Shown one piece after another: positions 26,500 through 40,300 of a stretch of 64,000 bases of DNA (within the stretch, counting starts at the first letter, position 1; the number at the start of each line of letters is the position of its first letter). Made by a program: the position numbers and the translations under genes. A model generated the notes under the pieces. That model had not been told where the DNA came from. It worked only from the letters and a program-made list of their open reading frames with translations, and searched no databases. Location of the stretch: NCBI GenBank assembly GCA_028534125.1, contig CM052816.1, forward strand, positions 68,450,001-68,514,000, written 5' to 3'. Origin of the DNA: Lama glama (lineage: Eukaryota).

Positions 26500-27280
26500 A
26501 GAAAGAAATGACCAATAGATACATGAAAATTGCTTGATATTACTAATCATCAGGTAAATATAAATTAAAACCACATTAAATGGCTAGAATTTAAATAGCC
26601 AGCAATACCAAGTAACAGTGAGGATCAGAGCAACTAGAACACTCTTACAATGTTGGTGGCTATAATAAATTGTTCAACCATTTTGGAAAACTCTTTGGCT
26701 GTTTCTAACAAAATTAAATACATACCTACCTATGATCCAGCAATTTCACTCCTAGGTACATGCTTAAGAGAACTGAGTGCTTATGTTCACCAAAAGACTT
26801 GTAGAAGAATATCCATAGGAACCTTATTTATAATAGTAAAAAAAAAAAAAAAACTGGAAACAACCCAAATGCCCTTCAATAAGAAATTGGAAAAATGACT
26901 TGTAGTATACTCACATTACAGAATACCAGACAATAAGAAAGAACTACTGAAACACAAAATATGGATGAATCTCACAAGTATTATGTTGAACAAAAGCCAA
27001 ACACAAAAGAGGCCTAACTCTATGATTCCATTTATATGAATTTCAAGAACAAATCTAATTTATATTGATAAAAATCAGAATAGTGGTTACCTCTAGACAA
27101 GGGAGTTGAATGGAAAAGAACAAGAGAGTAACAGAAATGTTACCCATCTTGATTTGCACGAAGGTTATAAGTATACAAAGGTAAAAATTTAAAAAACAAA
27201 AACAAAGGTAAAAATAAATACACTAATGATTTGTGCATTCTGTAATATGTACATCTTATTTCATATAAAAAAATTATTAA
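26500..27280 (+). mobile_element. Old L1 (L1M) 3' region
   Basis: ORF2-like ENSLAVSNK..YDPAISLLG; atggatgaatctcacaagtattatgttga. Confidence 0.75.
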
Positions 27281-28849
27281 AGTTACCTTGTGCTAGAGCA
27301 CACAGTAAGAGGTTGAGCTGGGATTCACACTTAGGGCAATTGGAGTCTTCTGACTAGAATAGGGTTCACTTTCCTATCCAATTATATACAGAGATGAGAA
27401 AACAACAGGAAGACTATTACTTAGTTTAAATATGTGATTAGTATCACTCTTTCTACATATTTTATTCACAATATCCATATTATGATAAATTGTACTTATT
27501 TTGGCGCCAAAACATTTTTTCTTCAAATGCTGGTTTTAACTTTGTGACACTATAGCAACAGTAATTCTGTTTATGTAATTGAAATGAATTATTGGAATCA
27601 AACTTTCCACCATCCCAGATGACTAATAACATAATAATTTAGCTGAAGAACAAACATGTTAAGATGAAACTGTCAGCACCTGCACTACATTTAACTGGCA
27701 CGAATGAGTTTGCTGATTAGCATGTGTAGACTATCACGAATAAATCTCCAGTGGTGGAACATCCTAAGACTGATGAAATAATGGATACACTAGAGAAATA
27801 GCAAGATGCCAAAATGGTCCATTAACAAGCATCACTCATGCCTGTGTGATATTTATAAGTGGTTCAATCACTACAGTTGCAAATGTGATCTGATTTGTTT
27901 CTCAAGAATCACTTACCTATTGAACATTGATAAATCAGCTAACTCAATAACAGAATAAGACCTTAACATACAAGTGCACCAGCATTCAGCTATGATACCC
28001 TGCATCCTTACACAAGGCTGCATTTTTTTTTCTTTTTCTTTTTTTGGAGAGGGCACCTAAAAGATGGGCTGCCTCTTAAAAATATTTTATTGTAACTGCA
28101 TGCAATGTGTGACCTCTTCATCAGATGAACAAAGAGAAAAATCCAATTACTGTCTTTCTTTTATATAAAAGCAAACTGAGTCCTAAAGCAGATCACTGAC
28201 AGTGCTAGGCAGCACACAAGTCAAAAAATAAACCATAACACTGCTCCAACTAGTTCTTTATTATGAAGCATCATGCCAACCTTGTTATACAGGAGTTTCT
28301 CTTCTATAAAATAAAAAATTTTGTGTATTTTAAACTGTTTTTATTTCCATTAAGAATTTATTCCCCAACATGGTAACCTGTCTCTCAAAACTAAGGATAA
28401 AATCAAGTTAAACAGATATATCCAAGACTTTGGGATAATTAATAAGTTCATATATTCGAAGGGGAGGAAAAAATCGGTTTTGTTCCTGAATGGTGAAGAA
28501 GAATCCTACAAACATATGAAACTTCAAATTCAGGAAACACTAACTGATGGAGAAAAAAAAAATTTCAAGGAACTCTCACATGCAAAATCCCCCACAGAAA
28601 AGTAAATTCCAATGCCCTACACTTTGACGATTTAACAGTTTCCTAAATCATAGCAAAAGAATTAATGAATCATTTAGTAAAGGATTAACCTGAATCGCCA
28701 GACCCCAAACTCCAGAACAAATCATTTGCTCACTTCAATTGCCAGCATCTACAGTATCCTGACACACTAATGCTGTTGTCCCCCATCCTCTCTTGACATG
28801 GAATTCCTCATGGCACCACCAACCGTCTCGAAAGCAGCATTTAACCTTC

Positions 28850-29560
28850 AGTTATCGGGCCCTTTTGCTAGGTCTAGGAATGGATTTTACAGAGGTTGAT
28901 AAATCCTGAGATTTTATGTAAAACTTGGGTCTACAATTTATGTGATCCGAAATGATTGGGAACTGCGATTCTGAAGGGAGAGCCCGAGGAAAACCCGTGG
29001 TGCCAGCCCACGGCGCATGCCCCGCACTCACCTGGATGCGGCCAGCCCGAGCTCCTGGCAGCAAGGACCTCTTCCTAGCTGCCCATCCCAGTCCCGCAGG
29101 TGCCACGAGGCCGACCTCCAGCTCCGCCCCCGTGAAGGCTCCCTCCGCCCCGCGTCCTCACTAGCAGTCATTCCTGGCCACCCGCGGAGCGAGCGCTGCC
29201 TGGCCGGGGAGAGCCGAAGGATCGCCGAAGTATCACCGAAGGATCACCGGGTTGGAGCCGCCCCCTGGGGGCCTTCTCTACGAGCCTGCCTGCCGGGACG
29301 CAGGCTGAAGCCGCTTCCCAGCACCGGCGGCTTCAGACTGTCCACGGCCGCACACAACCGTCTGACTGCCGAGGCTCGGCTCTCTGCTGACCAAATAGTG
29401 AAAGAGCCTTTCCTAACCGCCAGGCCATCGAGACATAATGCGACTCTATTCTGAACTTTTACAAAGGCAGAACTAAGTTTGGCGTGGGGCACGGTGGGGA
29501 AACCTAAACCCGACGATGAACTTAAGCAGCCTCTCCCAACCACAGCATCATGCATGCTGT
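28850..29560. promoter_or_regulatory. CpG island with GC boxes, promoter-like
   Basis: GC- and CpG-dense, non-repeat; GGGGCGGAG boxes (minus) at 29122-29130 and 29143-29151; CAG|GTGAGT donor (minus) at 29031. Confidence 0.8.
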
Positions 29561-30179
29561 TGTGCCGCTGAAATTTTAATAGGACCATTTGCGACGTATT
29601 AAAAAAATCTATGAAAACCACACAAACCAAACAAAATGAAAAGTTGTCTTCTCCCAAATTAGGGGACCAATTAAGAGATTACACAAACAGCGCAGTGTAA
29701 AGCTAGGAGAAAGGTGGAAGGGATAAACTTCTGATCAATGCTGCTGCCCTATAAAGAAATGTTATCAATGCTGAACAATTAAATCAGAAAACCATGACTA
29801 CTCTACCCCAAGACCCTAGGGACAGATGGAGTAAGCAGATCAGTTACTCTGTATGAAGTCAGGACCACACTTCACCTTCTTTGCTAACATCACCATTATT
29901 CCCAAAACTTCACTTGTGGAGCTGATGCTTCATATTCCACGTTCTGAAATTCTCACTTTAACTTGAGTGAGAACTTTTGCCTCATTAAATGCAAAAGAAT
30001 TCAAGGGAAGAAAAGCTAGCTTTTTTAATTCATATCTCGACCTATGCCTTCTCTTGACAGCAGGCCTGGATAAGCAGAGTTAAAGAGCAAGGAGGGCACT
30101 AGACTCTGGGTGCTGGGGAGAAAGACACAAAAATGAGGCAGACTGCTGAATTTGACTAAAGCCTCCATTCAATGTAAGT

Positions 30180-31640
30180 ACAAGTTGTAAGTTGATAAAG
30201 CTTAAGATTTCTGATGCCAAACATCAGGAAAACAAATGCTCACTGTAAAAAATGATTTCTTAGGTTAAATTCCAGGGATTAAACAAGTATTAATGAAGCA
30301 GAAAATGCACTATTTAAGCAACATATGGAAAAATAAAAGAGAATAAGACAGCTTTTGAAAATAAAATTGCTTTAAAAAATTACAAAAGGGTTTAAAGATA
30401 GGGAGTATTCAACCAGAACACAGCAAGCACAAAGGTGAAAAAAAACATGAAAGATGGGAGATTTAGGGACTAATTCTACAGTTCCAGCATCTGATTAATA
30501 GAAGTTCCATAAAAAGAGAACAGAGAAAACTTAGGAAAAATTAGCAAAGAAATAATATAACACACTCCTAGAGCCAGAAAAACATGATCTGAAAAGCATA
30601 CCAAGTACTCACCAGAATTAAAAGGTCCACATCTTCTGTGATCTTGCTTCCAAAGAACACTAACTTTGAACCCAGAAAGGTAATAACATAATAAGAAGGG
30701 CATATTTATTCTCCTGATGAGAAAAAAGACAATCAACCTACAGAGTAAATAAACAAATTGCTCAAAAGGAGTATGGTCCAAAGTCAAAGCAAATTGGTAT
30801 GTGGAATGGTTTTGGTTAATTTTCATTTTGCCCTCACATTTATAATAGTTATAATTTTTCTCCCTAGAAACATAGAGGTCACAAAATTGGAAAAATAGTA
30901 AAGATAATCAGGCTATATTAATTGGCCCATTCAGAAAACAATAGTTATATAATGTAAATCCTGTCTATTGATTCCAATTTTAGAATTGACCTGTAGATAT
31001 AACAAGGGAGACTTTTTTTTATAGAACAGAATGCAAATATTATCTTTGGAAAAGTAAATGTATAGTTTACAGATGTTGCAGTGTAAAAACAGAATGTAAA
31101 AAGGAAAAGGGTGCCTTTATTATCACCTCACAAAGTATACTTCTACTATGTTAAAGTTACCAATTTTTTTTCTTCTTTTACTTTCTCTTTTTATTGTATC
31201 TACTCTAAGATGATGAATGCTAACTAAATATTCTGTGGTAATCATTTCACAATACAATGTAAACCAAACCATTATGTTGTTCATTATGATGTATGTCGAT
31301 TATACAGTAATTATGTCAATTACACAGTGATGTGTGTCAATTATATTTCAATAAAACTGAAAAAAATAAGCTACCAAAGAGTGAGGTGACAGAAGTCAAA
31401 ATTTGGTGAGAGAAAAACAAAATATATGATGGCAATCATCATAAATGATGAAAAAAGGTATTTGTGGGATATGGAATAGCAATTTAGAAAGGGAGAGGCA
31501 GCAGAATATTGCTTTCTACTATAAACCCTTCTACAGCATTTTATTTTCTAATCATATGTGTATCTGTTACTTTGATTTTTTTTAACAGAAATTATTCAAC
31601 TCTATACCTAGGAATCAGGAAAGTAACTGAACACTGGGGC
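30180..31640 (+). mobile_element. Old L1M fragments, including an L1 3' end at ~31200-31370
   Basis: A-rich ORF1-like remnants (catctgattaatagaagttccataaaaagagaacagag); gtggtaatcatttcacaatac tail. Confidence 0.5.
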
Positions 31641-32523
31641 ATTTACAATTGGCTTGTGACAATGGCAGGATTACATATAATTTTCTTTCCCTTTTTACAT
31701 ATAATTTAGTAATGCTACTGTGGTAAATTTTAAAAATAAAGCAAATTCAATACAAAATGTAAGGCAGTCAGGCTACGACCAAGAAACTCTTTGAGGTAAT
31801 GAAAAAAAAAGGACGGAAATGATCTATAAATGCACTTTGTAAACAAAACAAATTGGAAGGGACAATTAAGACAAACAACTATGCAAACACCTTCATTCAT
31901 TTAACCCTTCCCAGAAGGGAGATTAACAGTTCAAGTTAGATATTTCCTGTATTTTTATTAATTGAACTTCCCTTTTTGAGTTGTCCGTTCTTTACAAATT
32001 TGTCTATTGGAATCTACATACCCACATATAAAGAACTACACACTGGTAATTTACTGTAGCCACAGTAATATTTTTCCTTGCTTACTGTTTGCCCTTTTGA
32101 TATAACCAACTAATTCTTTTGTGATCAAATCTGTTCATTGTTTCTTTTGTGATTTCCATCCTTTGAGCTTAATGTCAACTCTCATTCCCAATTCAAAGGT
32201 TTAATATTTAGCTGGATTTTTGTAGTTGTAACTTTTTATATAATTCACAAAGAAATGATTTTGAATATGGCATGGGGTAGGCATCTAACTAGTTATCCTA
32301 ACAAAATCTGTTGAACATTCCTCTTTTCATATGTGATGCTTCATTTATTAACCAAATTCCTACAACAAGACATTTATGCTGGTGATATGTTGCTTGAATT
32401 TTTTTAAGTGAAAAATAACATATACTCGAAACTGATTATTTTTGTCCCCTAATATTTACATCTCACTTGTTTTATGTCCTAGTGTTTTGATTCATTCATT
32501 TAATGATTTATTAAGAATTTCTA

Positions 32524-32662
32524 GGGGAGAGGGTATAGCTCAAGTGGTAGAGTACATGCTTAGCACACAGAGGTCCTGGGTTCAATCCCCAGTACCTCCT
32601 CTATAAAGTAAAATAAATAAACCTAATTACCTCTCCCCACCAAAAAAAAAAAGTTTAAAAAA
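32524..32662 (+). mobile_element. Camelid Vic-1-like SINE
   Basis: GGGGAGAGGGTATAGCTCAAGTGGTAGAG..GAGGTCCTGGGTTCAATCCCCAGTACCTCC..aaacctaattacctctcccc, A tail; imperfect TSD ttaa(g/t)aatttct. Confidence 0.88.
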
Positions 32663-32984
32663 AGTTAATAATTTCTTACATTCCAGACATAGTAAGGTTA
32701 AGATATATAAATGAAAGAAAAGAGTTCCTTACCTCAGTATTAAAATACCAAAAAACTAGTATGGTAAGAATGAACAGCACTGTTTTTTGTTGATATAGTT
32801 TGAGCTCAAAGAACGATTTTCATTATTACATCTGTGTATTAATACATATTATACATATTACTTTATATAAGACTTTTTGTTCACTTCATTCATTTCACAA
32901 GACTCAATAAGATAAAATTCCAAAGGCAGAAATTGAGAACTATGTATATGTAACAAGAAAAATTAAAAGTGCTGCCATAAAATT

Positions 32985-33580
32985 TAGGGGGCAAAGTGTT
33001 TCCATTCTTTATTTTCAAGGAAAGTCTGTATATATAAAAACAAACATTTGTGTCATTAAGCTCACATTGCAAACATTTAACCATTTTCATCACATATCTG
33101 ATGATCTACAATCAAAATTACTTTAAAAAGTTTGTCTTTTACTATTTGTGTCATGAAAACCATGTCATCACATTTCAATGACACACTATTGCTTTTAAGT
33201 AAAAATGAGACCCAATAATTTTTAACCATAAGTGTATCCTATATCCTATTTATTATAGGATCAACAAACAGTATACTACAACATAGCATTTAGACAGGAA
33301 TTATGTCCAGAACCCCTGAAGAATACACTAGAAATAAGCACGACGTTTAGAATGCTTTAATCTTTCTGGTTAACACCATTTTTATCAGTAACTGCAACGC
33401 TGTAACTTTTAGCATTACACATAACTAGTCAGTAAGGATTTTTTTAAGGGTGGGAGTAAGAACAGAAGGACAGGAGATAGAAGAGTGTCAGGCTTCACAC
33501 TTCTGTTAAAAACTCAAAAATCAAAACTATTTTCTTCTCTGCATCAAAACTGTACCACAAACTTGAAGGTTCTTTTAGCC
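32985..33580 (-). other. DDX4: DDX4 3'UTR (end approximate)
   Basis: Non-repetitive U-rich sequence after the stop; AATAAA hexamers at 33254-33249 and 33013-33008. Confidence 0.75.
33008..33013 (-). terminator. DDX4: Probable DDX4 polyadenylation signal AATAAA
   Basis: Plus-strand tttatt about 570 nt after the stop, with U-rich sequence downstream. Confidence 0.65.
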
Positions 33581-33667
33581 TTAATCCCATGACTCATCAT
33601 CTACTGGATTGGGAGCTTGTGAAGAAGAAAACCCTGCTGTGTTCAAAGAGCTCTTGCCCTGGAAATT
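33581..33667 (-). CDS. DDX4: DDX4 last coding exon 22 (alternative acceptor gives start at 33658)
   Basis: (NFQ)GKSSLNTAGFSSSQAPNPVDDESWD* with the VASA-typical acidic/Trp C-terminus; TAA at 33583-33581. Confidence 0.96.
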   Translation of the reverse strand, partial: NFQGKSSLNTAGFSSSQAPNPVDDESWD

Positions 33668-34371
33668 CTTTAAAAAAAAAAAAAAAGAAAGAAAGAAAAG
33701 AAACAAACATACATTTAATTTTATACAGTTTTGAAGTTACATTGTCCAGACTGAGAGCAGGGATTCAAGCTTTCTACTATGTCTTTCCTAAATATATATG
33801 TAATTTCATTCTCACTGAATCCAATCCATTTGATAAACAGGCCCATATCAACCTGGGAAGTCTAAATTGCACAGAATATTTCAAGAAAAAACTTTTTTAA
33901 GCCAATACTTTTGGCAAGTGAAAAACGACTCTCCTTTTCAGTGAATAAGCATAAATATTTAATGACTAGTATGTTCACTGTATCTGTATAAGTGATGTTG
34001 CCTATAAACTGACATCATAGAAAAGATATGCAACTCATATCTCTATTATTTTATCTTACTTAATAATGTGGTCAGAATAAAAAAAAAAAGCATTCCTACA
34101 GAAAGCTCCAAAGATCTCAAATTGGAGTTTAAAATGCCAGCAAAATTGGGAAAGGAAGGTGTTTGAGCATAAATTTCAAATTCTTCAAACTTTAAGACCA
34201 AAACTATATATGTACATGAAATTTTCAGAGAAATATTACAGTAATCTTCTAGGTATGAAAATAATGGCTTAGATAAATTATTCAATGTTATAGTTACTTC
34301 ACAATATTAAGCACAACATTTACAAAGAGTAATAACTAAAATTGAGTTCTGAGTTTTTCCCCTTAACTAAC

Positions 34372-34482
34372 CTTTCTAGTATCAACTGATGCAAACACAT
34401 TTCCTCTTGTACTACCACTGAAGCCGGGAACATATGTACTAAAGGCAATTTCTTCCAACCATGCAGGAACATCTTGTTGAGC
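34372..34482 (-). CDS. DDX4: DDX4 exon 21 (111 nt)
   Basis: AQQDVPAWLEEIAFSTYVPGFSGSTRGNVFASVDTRK; GTTAGT donor. Confidence 0.97.
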
Positions 34483-34617
34483 CTTCAAAAAAAAAAAATT
34501 AACTTCATATACAACATACATAAAGTCTCAGAGATGAAGAGTTTACTTTTCCTAAATATACATATGTATAGAATGTCTTTCAATAAAAGAACACTATTCA
34601 TTCAGTTTTAAAAATTA

Positions 34618-34920
<303 letters not shown>

Positions 34921-35724
34921 TTAGGGCAGCTCTTAAGAATATTTTTAAGGAGATCCATTAAAGTTCAACATATAAATTTCTTTTTAATAACAGTAAAAAC
35001 AGCAGCATTTAACATGAATGTCTACTTCTTACATAACAAGTATTATACTAATCCCTTTCAAGTCATCACTTAATTTAATTCTCACAATAATACTTTGTGG
35101 TTAGGACAATTATCCCCATATGCAGATGAGGTAAGGTAACAGCTAACACATGGAGTCAAAATACAAACTCAAATATAACAAACATCAAATTTCACCTATT
35201 AATATTGATCTCTTTCCCTAGTCTTGGCAAAATATAGCTACTTGATCAATCAGAATGCTTTCTCAAGAATAACTTTAAAAAATTTTAAGTATTTTTAAAA
35301 AGTATCTCTGAATTCTACATATTCACTGATTAATATTTTAGATCCACTAGTAAAGTGCCAATGAAGTTGTGTTTAAATGACACTTATAAGGACTCCAATA
35401 AAAAAAAGGGTCAGGCATCAGGAAGATTAGAAACACCTAGATCTAAGGATCAGAGAGAGAGCCTTAAGTAAGATCTCTTGAGAAGTTAACACTCCTCATA
35501 ATGTGGAGTCTAAGATATACCTTTAACTCACCCATCCCCACCACTTGCTTCTTATAAAAATTTAAAATGAGGGTGAAGAGTAAGTTTAGATCTTGAGAAT
35601 TCTGAATCCTAATTCTAGGATTTTATATTACTTAAGTATATTGACATTTCTTAACAAACGACAAATAGAAATCACCTCCTTACTAAGTCACCTCCTTACT
35701 AGGAAATCATACCAATCTACTCAC

Positions 35725-35824
35725 CCATGAATACTTGTTGTTGATATTTTTTCTTGACAAAGAAAAGTGGCAATAAAATCTGCTTTTTTCTTAGTTTCAA
35801 CAAAGACCATAGTTCTTTCATCAC
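35725..35824 (-). CDS. DDX4: DDX4 exon 19 (100 nt), motif IV
   Basis: [32 protein letters not shown](G); GTGAGT donor. Confidence 0.98.
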
Positions 35825-36439
35825 CTACAAAACAAGAAAACAATGATTTAACATTCAAACTACAAAATTAGGGGAAGGAAAAAAAGGGTAGGGTGAATAG
35901 GAAACTATCTCATTCACCATTGCATACCCAGGACCCAGACCTGGTAGGTAATGCACATCTTCTCTGAATGAATGGATGTCAAAGAAACAAGGATTTTCCC
36001 CTACTTTAGGACTGAAAAAATCAGTTAGCCCTCTGCCCTCCTATGCCAATCAAGAAGTAGAGACTTAGAGAAAGATAAATGCTAACTACCTGCCAACTAT
36101 AAGCAGTTTCAAATTTGTCTCAGACCCTTCACTTCCCTCTCTATAAATAAATGTTTGTTCTTCACCTCCCAAGATCATCCAATTTTTATTTCAACCTTGA
36201 CTGCCAGAGGTATTCATATATATGATAGAAAATTAAATAACTATCCCAGGGTCTTAATGCATTAAAGAATATTTACTTGTTAGCTTATTTAATTGGTTGA
36301 AATTCAAGCATGAGCCAGAGATTTCTCCACACAAAGAACTTTTCTATAAAATGACAGAGAGGAAAGATGATAATTTATAGCCTTAATGGAAGGAATGAAG
36401 AAGGTATTACTGTTCATAATCCCACTCCCTCATGTCCCA

Positions 36440-37330
36440 ACAGCTGGCTTCACTTATTCAACAAATGTTCAGTGCCTAGTAGATGCCAGTAACTATCCTA
36501 GATGTTGAAAACACAGCAATAAAACAAAGCCCCACACTCATTGTGGGGAGGTAAATAATAAATAACATGCATTAAGTCCTAAAAAAGAAAAAACTAGCAG
36601 AATAAAGAGCCCATGTGGATTACTTTAGATGTACCCTCTCTAATTAGATGACGTTTGAGTAGAGATATTACTAAAATAAGATAGTGAACTATTCAGATAT
36701 CTGAGGAAAGATATTACAAGGCCGAAGGAAGAATAAATATAATGGCTCCAAGGCGTGGGTGTTCTTGATGTGCTCAAAAAAAAAAAAGAAAAAAAGAAAA
36801 ACAGAAACAGAAAAGAGGCCCCATCCCTGTGTGGTTTCTATGTCCTGGGCAGAGGGAACATCAAGAGCAAAAGCAGTGGGACAGTGAGGCAGAACCGTGC
36901 CTAGTATGTGTAAGGAACACTAGTGAGCAAAGTGTGGCCAGAGTGGGTGAGCCACGGAGAGCAGTAGGAGATGAAGACAAGAGGTATGGGAGGCCGTCAC
37001 ATGAAGGGCCTTGAAAACCATTGCAAGAACTTTACTTTGAGAAGGGAAGTCACTGGGTTTGGAGCAAAGAAGTGGAAAGTTCTGATCTTTGTTTTAACTG
37101 AGCAGCTGATGGATTGTGATAATAGTTTGATACCAGAAAAGAGAATTTTGCTCACAGATCAGATGTGTAAGCTAGAGAAAGAAATCAAGGATGACTCAGA
37201 TTTTGTGTCTGAGGAACTGGAAGAATAGATCTAACATTAATGGAGTTAGGAGGACTCAAGAAAGGAAGGTTTAGAGGTAATATTTAATTAAATCTCAGGC
37301 AACTATTAGACAACCAGGTAGGAAATCAAA
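36440..37330 (-). mobile_element. L2 fragment
   Basis: attcaacaaatgttcagtgcctagtagatgccag..gagcaaagtgtggccagagtgg..gaaatcaaggatgactcagatttt. Confidence 0.6.
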
Positions 37331-37399
37331 AGGGCAACTGATCCCTATATCCTAGAGACATAATTATTTTATTTATTAGAGAGTAATGGTGTTATGTTT

Positions 37400-40300
37400 T
37401 ATCAAAAATTACCTTTCAACAGTTTTGGAGGTCATTCAGTATGCCCAATGACAAAACTGATTTATCCTACAGAGTCAGGTATCTAATACTACTGTGCAAC
37501 TTAAGCCCTGATCTCATCTTTTCTCAGTTCCCAGTGCAAATCCCAAATAGTAATACAAATTTAACTCCACTGACACCTCCTCTAGTTTTTTTCCTCTCTA
37601 CTGGTTTTGTATTTTGTTGTTGTTGTTGTTGTTGTTCAGACAATAAGCTATAATTGCAAATTTAGTTTTACAATCAGATCATTTGGAGATCTTTGTAAAT
37701 GGATTTGTGAATAGGTACCTAATTTGTTGGGTGAGAAATAATAGAGAATTTCATCTTGTTAGTCTTTTTTTTTTTTTGTCTATTAGTCCACTGTTAACTA
37801 AAATCAACTTAGAATCTAAAAAGAATTCTAGCTTGGAGAGCTAGATTGTAATTGTTTTTATTTCTATGTTCACTCTTGATCTGGGGCTAAAGCGGCAGAA
37901 CTGAAGCTTCTAAGTTCTTTATGTGTCTAATTCAGAAAGGGCTTTATCTATCACTATGTATAATCATATTAATACGCTAAGGAGAGAATTAACAAATGAA
38001 ATTATAAAGTCTCTTAAATCAAAGGAGCTCAATCCTGATTTTACAAGATAAATAGAAAAATAATTTTAGAGATAAATATTTCTAAAATTCCTGAAAAATA
38101 AAGAAACTGAACTTGTACTACTTAAACTATATTAAACTTTAAAAAGGTCATCCTACAAGAAATAAAGCAGAAATATTTTAAGATTCCAAGTTCACATAAT
38201 TAAGTGAACTCTTCAATAACCAAGACTAAAAACTTTGGTTTAAAAAAACACCCATGTCTTTTCTCCAGTGCATCAGTTTTAAGTACAAAACAAACATGTA
38301 TCTTATTTCACTCGGGTTTCTCTTAACATATAGAGACTTGTCAGTCAAATTAACTAATATTCTCCATAATGTTTAAGAGCACAACAATGTAAATCTGTGT
38401 TCAACAGTATCTACCATTTTATATGCTGTCATATTGAAGATAATTTCCAAGATCTTTGGCTTTAGGTAACTTAAAACAGTAAACTAGGCTGAATTAATTA
38501 ATGGATAATCACTAAACGTAGAATTCTCAAACATTAATTACTGAACATAGGTTTATGTCTTTTGCTTGTCACTTTTCATATACTATAGAGAGGCAATACT
38601 TTTGAGTCATGTTAATGAACTTACTCATTTTTGCCACTTTAACAAAGTGTAAAAGGATCTATGTGTGGTATAGAAAGTAGTACAGGAAGTTTACAAGCTC
38701 TGATAGCTACAATGTTTGTGTATGACATTTCTCAACTGTCCATCCCTGCCTCTACTTTCTTCTAAGAAATAGAAATTACAATGGTTAAAAGTCATAATTA
38801 ACATAAGTGGTGGAGACTACACTACGAGTAATAATGATTAAGAAATACAAACCGTACGTGTTTTTGTCTTTCACGGAAAGAAAGTAATTCTTCCCTAAAG
38901 TTTTCCCTATAATTTTGGTCTGTGACCCCTCTAAACTCTTAAAAAGTTACCAACAACCCAAAGAATTTTCAGTTATGTAAGTTATAATTATTGCTATTTA
39001 CCATATTAAAAACTAAAACCAAGAAAAAATTTAGATATTTACTTGAATATATTGCATGTCAAAATAATTGTAGTATAATCATGAAAACTGTTTTTTACCT
39101 CACAGATTCCTCTCAAGGGTATTAGGGACCCTGAGGAGGATTCATTTAGTACTAAGTGTTGGTTTGCTCTAGAGTTGAAGCACAAAGGAGGACAAAACTT
39201 GTAAACTGAATTTTATATGCATTGATTTATAATGAGTCTTAAAAGAAGCTATGAAATGTGTTAAAATTTTAGCAAAATTCAATCAATTTGGATGGAACTA
39301 TTTTTTGATTTACTATTTAATCCCTTTAAACACAAAATGAAAAGTTATTCTTTCTCTTCCCTGTAACCAGCCTAAGTAGCAGAGAATCTGTTGATTTTAT
39401 TGTCTTTGGTTATTTATAAAAGAGCTATCATTCTTTACAATCATGTTACCTTCTTCATTTATTTTTAAATGCTTGTCACTTCAATTAAATTGATAACTAA
39501 ATACTGTTTCTCAGATACCAATAATCCTACACTAATCAAATATTTAACTCTCCTCTGACAAATTTTGACTTTGCCATCTTAAGATCAGACCATAAATTTA
39601 GAAAAAGAAATCCACCTAAACTACTTTGAGATTTCCCAGAGAACCCCAGGAAAAGGACAGATGTTTTTAATTTTACCTTATAAAAGAGAGGCTAAAATTA
39701 ATTAGGCATGTTTGATGTCTTAGTAAGAGCTGTTAAATCAGAAGAGACATTAAAATTTCCCTGGGTTAAAAATGCATAGGTAAAATGTTATTAGTACATT
39801 TCAAAAATGTATACTTCATAGGAAGTCCCTGGAATTGTGTAAATTTTCTTGTTATTCATAATTTTTTAACCTTGAGAAAAACTGAACAGAACACTTATGA
39901 AACAACTCTGTAGTGTTTTTCTGTGTTTATCAGAGGCCTGAAGGTATACTGCCTGATACTAATGTTGCCAGTCATAATTTAACTTATTATGTAACATGTT
40001 TATTGGGCTACAGTATTACTTCTTTCTTAATTTGAATCTAGATTTGGTGGTTCTAAACTGGGATGTACACTAGACTTACACATGGCATTTTGTAAAAATA
40101 TAGATCACTAGATCGTATTCTATGCTTACTAAATCTATGTACTGAATATTCCTGGTATGAAAAATTATGTCTATCCATTTTCATAAATCAGATGTAACAT
40201 ATAACACTCTCTTTGAAAACAGGCTTAATCACCATTAAGGCATTTTGTATATAATTTTTTTGGAATGACTATTACCTTTATTTTGCATGCCATAAGAAAA

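Noticed and set aside
28852..29657. ORFs of 70-145 aa over the GC-rich region
   Set aside because: Overlapping ORFs on both strands are expected from stop-codon depletion in a CpG island; no recognisable protein
32524..32600. tRNA gene-like sequence (also ~620-690 and 11659-11735)
   Set aside because: Dispersed diverged copies with a shared non-tRNA tail, A tail and TSDs are SINEs, not tRNA genes
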